A stretch of 62,955 bases of DNA, filler included, from Reclinomonas americana ATCC 50394 (taxonomy: Eukaryota): the NCBI GenBank assembly GCA_048213135.1. It is 7 parts of 4 records of this genome, joined end to end, with 100 filler letters (N's around TTAATTAATTAA, not from the genome) between each part and the next. Parts side by side here need not be neighbours in the genome. Positions count along the whole stretch, not along the records: positions 61,167 to 62,955 come from PS015238.1; 6 more parts are not named here. One strand, written 5' to 3'. Position numbers and translations under genes: made by a program. Within the stretch, counting starts at the first letter, position 1. Every line of letters starts with the position of its first letter. Positions 61,168 through 62,955 of this stretch are shown piece by piece. The notes under the pieces were generated by a model that did not search any database, was not told the origin of the DNA, and saw only the letters and a list, made by a program, of their open reading frames with translations.

Positions 61168-62905
61168 TTCTGCACCGTGTCGGCATATCAGGCACTTGTG
61201 TGTGCGGAGCGACGACTGCCGGCTGGGAGCCGTGCGGCGCAGCTGTGTCGCAGCATGCTGGCGGAAGTGGAGCCGTCGATGAGTGCATTCTTCAACACGG
61301 ATCTGTCGTATGTGGAAGAGCACAATTCGTCACTGCGCGAGAATGCGCATGCGCAGCTGTTCTTGGCGGCAGCGATTGGTGAGTGAAAGAGAGAGCGAGA
61401 GAGAGAGAAGAGAAGGAGTGTGTGTGTGTCTGTGTGGTGTGTTGTCAAGTGGGTGGCTCAATGGTTTCGGCGTGACGAGTGCAGGTGTGCTTGCATCGCA
61501 GCGTGATGGCAGCGGAGCAACAACCCGAGCCGTTTGTTGTGCGTGATCGCCGCTGTGTGTTTGTGACTTCCTCAGCTGTCCGTGTGTTGCTGGCTGATGG
61601 CTGGTGCTGGTGTTGTGCAGCGTTCGTCCTTCCGATCATGAAGGGCCTGTGGGAGATCGAGGACTTCACGTCGTTGGATGTGGAGAGCTGTGCGCTGCTG
61701 ATTCCGGTGTTCGACCGACGCATTCAAATGGAGGCTGGTGAGGGAGGATTGATGTGCCTGTGAGCGAGCGAGTGAGCATGCGTGTATGCCACTCTCACAC
61801 ACGTCCGTGCTTGTACACACACACAGTGGTGGATGACGAGGCGGATCGCAAGCAGCGCGACGAGGCTGGAGAGTACCTGCGCAAAGCGCTCGACCTGATC
61901 AACAACTGGTGAGAGAGAAAGAGACAGAGAGGGAGAGGAGTGGCACTGTTGGTGATGGACTGTTGTGATCTGACGAGGTGCGTGGTGGAATGGAATAACA
62001 GCGTGGAAGACGACGGCACGCATGCTCGACTGACGAGCTCGTTCTCGCGGATGTGGTCGGAGTACATTTTCGTCAACAGCAACCTGCGTGCGACGGCGTT
62101 GTTCTGTCGATCACTTCTGGACTGTGGCATGGTGAGCGAGTGAATGGATGGATGTACGGACGGGAGTGGGTATGCACTGATGTAATAGATGCAGATGGAC
62201 GATGATCGAGTGTTGATCGAGCCACTGAACGGACTGCGACTGTTGGTGCACCGACTGGTGCGTGGCATTGCGAAGGCACGCATTGCGACGCGAGTTGGAT
62301 ACTTTGGGACCACTGTCGTTGCGTTTTCACATCTTCTGTATGTGTGTCTCTCTCTCTCCCTTGCTCGTTCACTCTCACTCACTTNNNNNNNNNNNNNNNN
62401 NNNNNNNNNNNNNNNNNNNNNNNNNNNNNNNNNNNNNNNNNNNNNNNNNNNNNNNNNNNNNNNNNNNNNNNNNNNNNNNNNNNNNNNNNNNNNNNNNNNN
62501 NNNNNNNNNNNNNNNNNNNNNNNNNNNNNNNNNNNNNNNNNNNNNNNNNNNNNNNNNNNNNNNNNNNNNNNNNNNNNNNNNNNNNNNNNNNNNNNNNNNN
62601 NNNNNNNNNNNNNNNNNNNNNNNNNNNNNNNNNNNNNNNNNNNNNNNNNNNNNNNNNNNNNNNNNNNNNNNNNNNNNNNNNNNNNNNNNNNNNNNNNNNN
62701 NNNNNNNNNNNNNNNNNNNNNNNNNNNNNNNNNNNNNNNNNNNNNNNNTTCTTCATCACCCCCCACACAACCACGCACCTTTCGGCTTCACCTCCAGCTC
62801 GCGCACCAACATGTCCTTGTAGAACAGTTGCACTTGCGACGCCTCAGGGTCCGACGTCATGCGCTCGTAGTACCGACACAGCAAATTCGTCACCACAGCA
62901 TTCTC
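61168..62905 (+). CDS. Alpha-2-macroglobulin-like (thioester/TED-type helical domain) fragment; next exon on the opposite strand at 62779-62905
   Basis: Spliced exons give NLRATALFCRSLL...LVRGIAKAR...GYFGTTV|ENAVVTNLLCRYYE, resembling the A2M pattern RxTAL..L...W/YxxTQEN..AL..Y. Recognised by motif only. Confidence 0.45.
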
Positions 62906-62955
62906 CTGCTCAGTGATACATCACCATTCGCATCGACGACAACAGCGGCGGTCAC

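Overview
This is a GC-rich, intron-dense eukaryotic (protist-like) draft genome window. It consists of about seven scaffolds joined by N-padded TTAATTAATTAA linkers, with many gaps, (AG)n/(CT)n microsatellites, TACG-type read-end noise and at least four locally mis-oriented contigs. Reconstructed spliced genes: a giant secreted or surface repeat protein (beta-rich repeats, EGF, FN3-like array), a GH5 endoglycoceramidase-like enzyme, an MGCxxS-start WD40-like protein, two tandem PHI-1/EXORDIUM-like (HExxE) + EGF-repeat genes, a CLC anion channel, a TFxP-repeat/EF-hand coiled-coil protein, an FN3-like/NHL protein and an alpha-2-macroglobulin-like fragment. Three observations stand out. (1) About 23 inferred 5' splice sites use a one-base-shifted register (GTTGCG, GTTTCG, GTTGAG), and none of them has G at exon position -1. 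(2) A cluster of about 10 intronless genes each encodes one 7-blade WD40 propeller with hypervariable surface positions and mosaic blades, plus a conserved unannotated C-terminal RCL(P/V)ExVLRCF...FRC tail; this is a candidate diversified recognition or E3-adaptor system. (3) The CLC lacks both the gating and proton glutamates. All exon structures were inferred by eye without transcript data.
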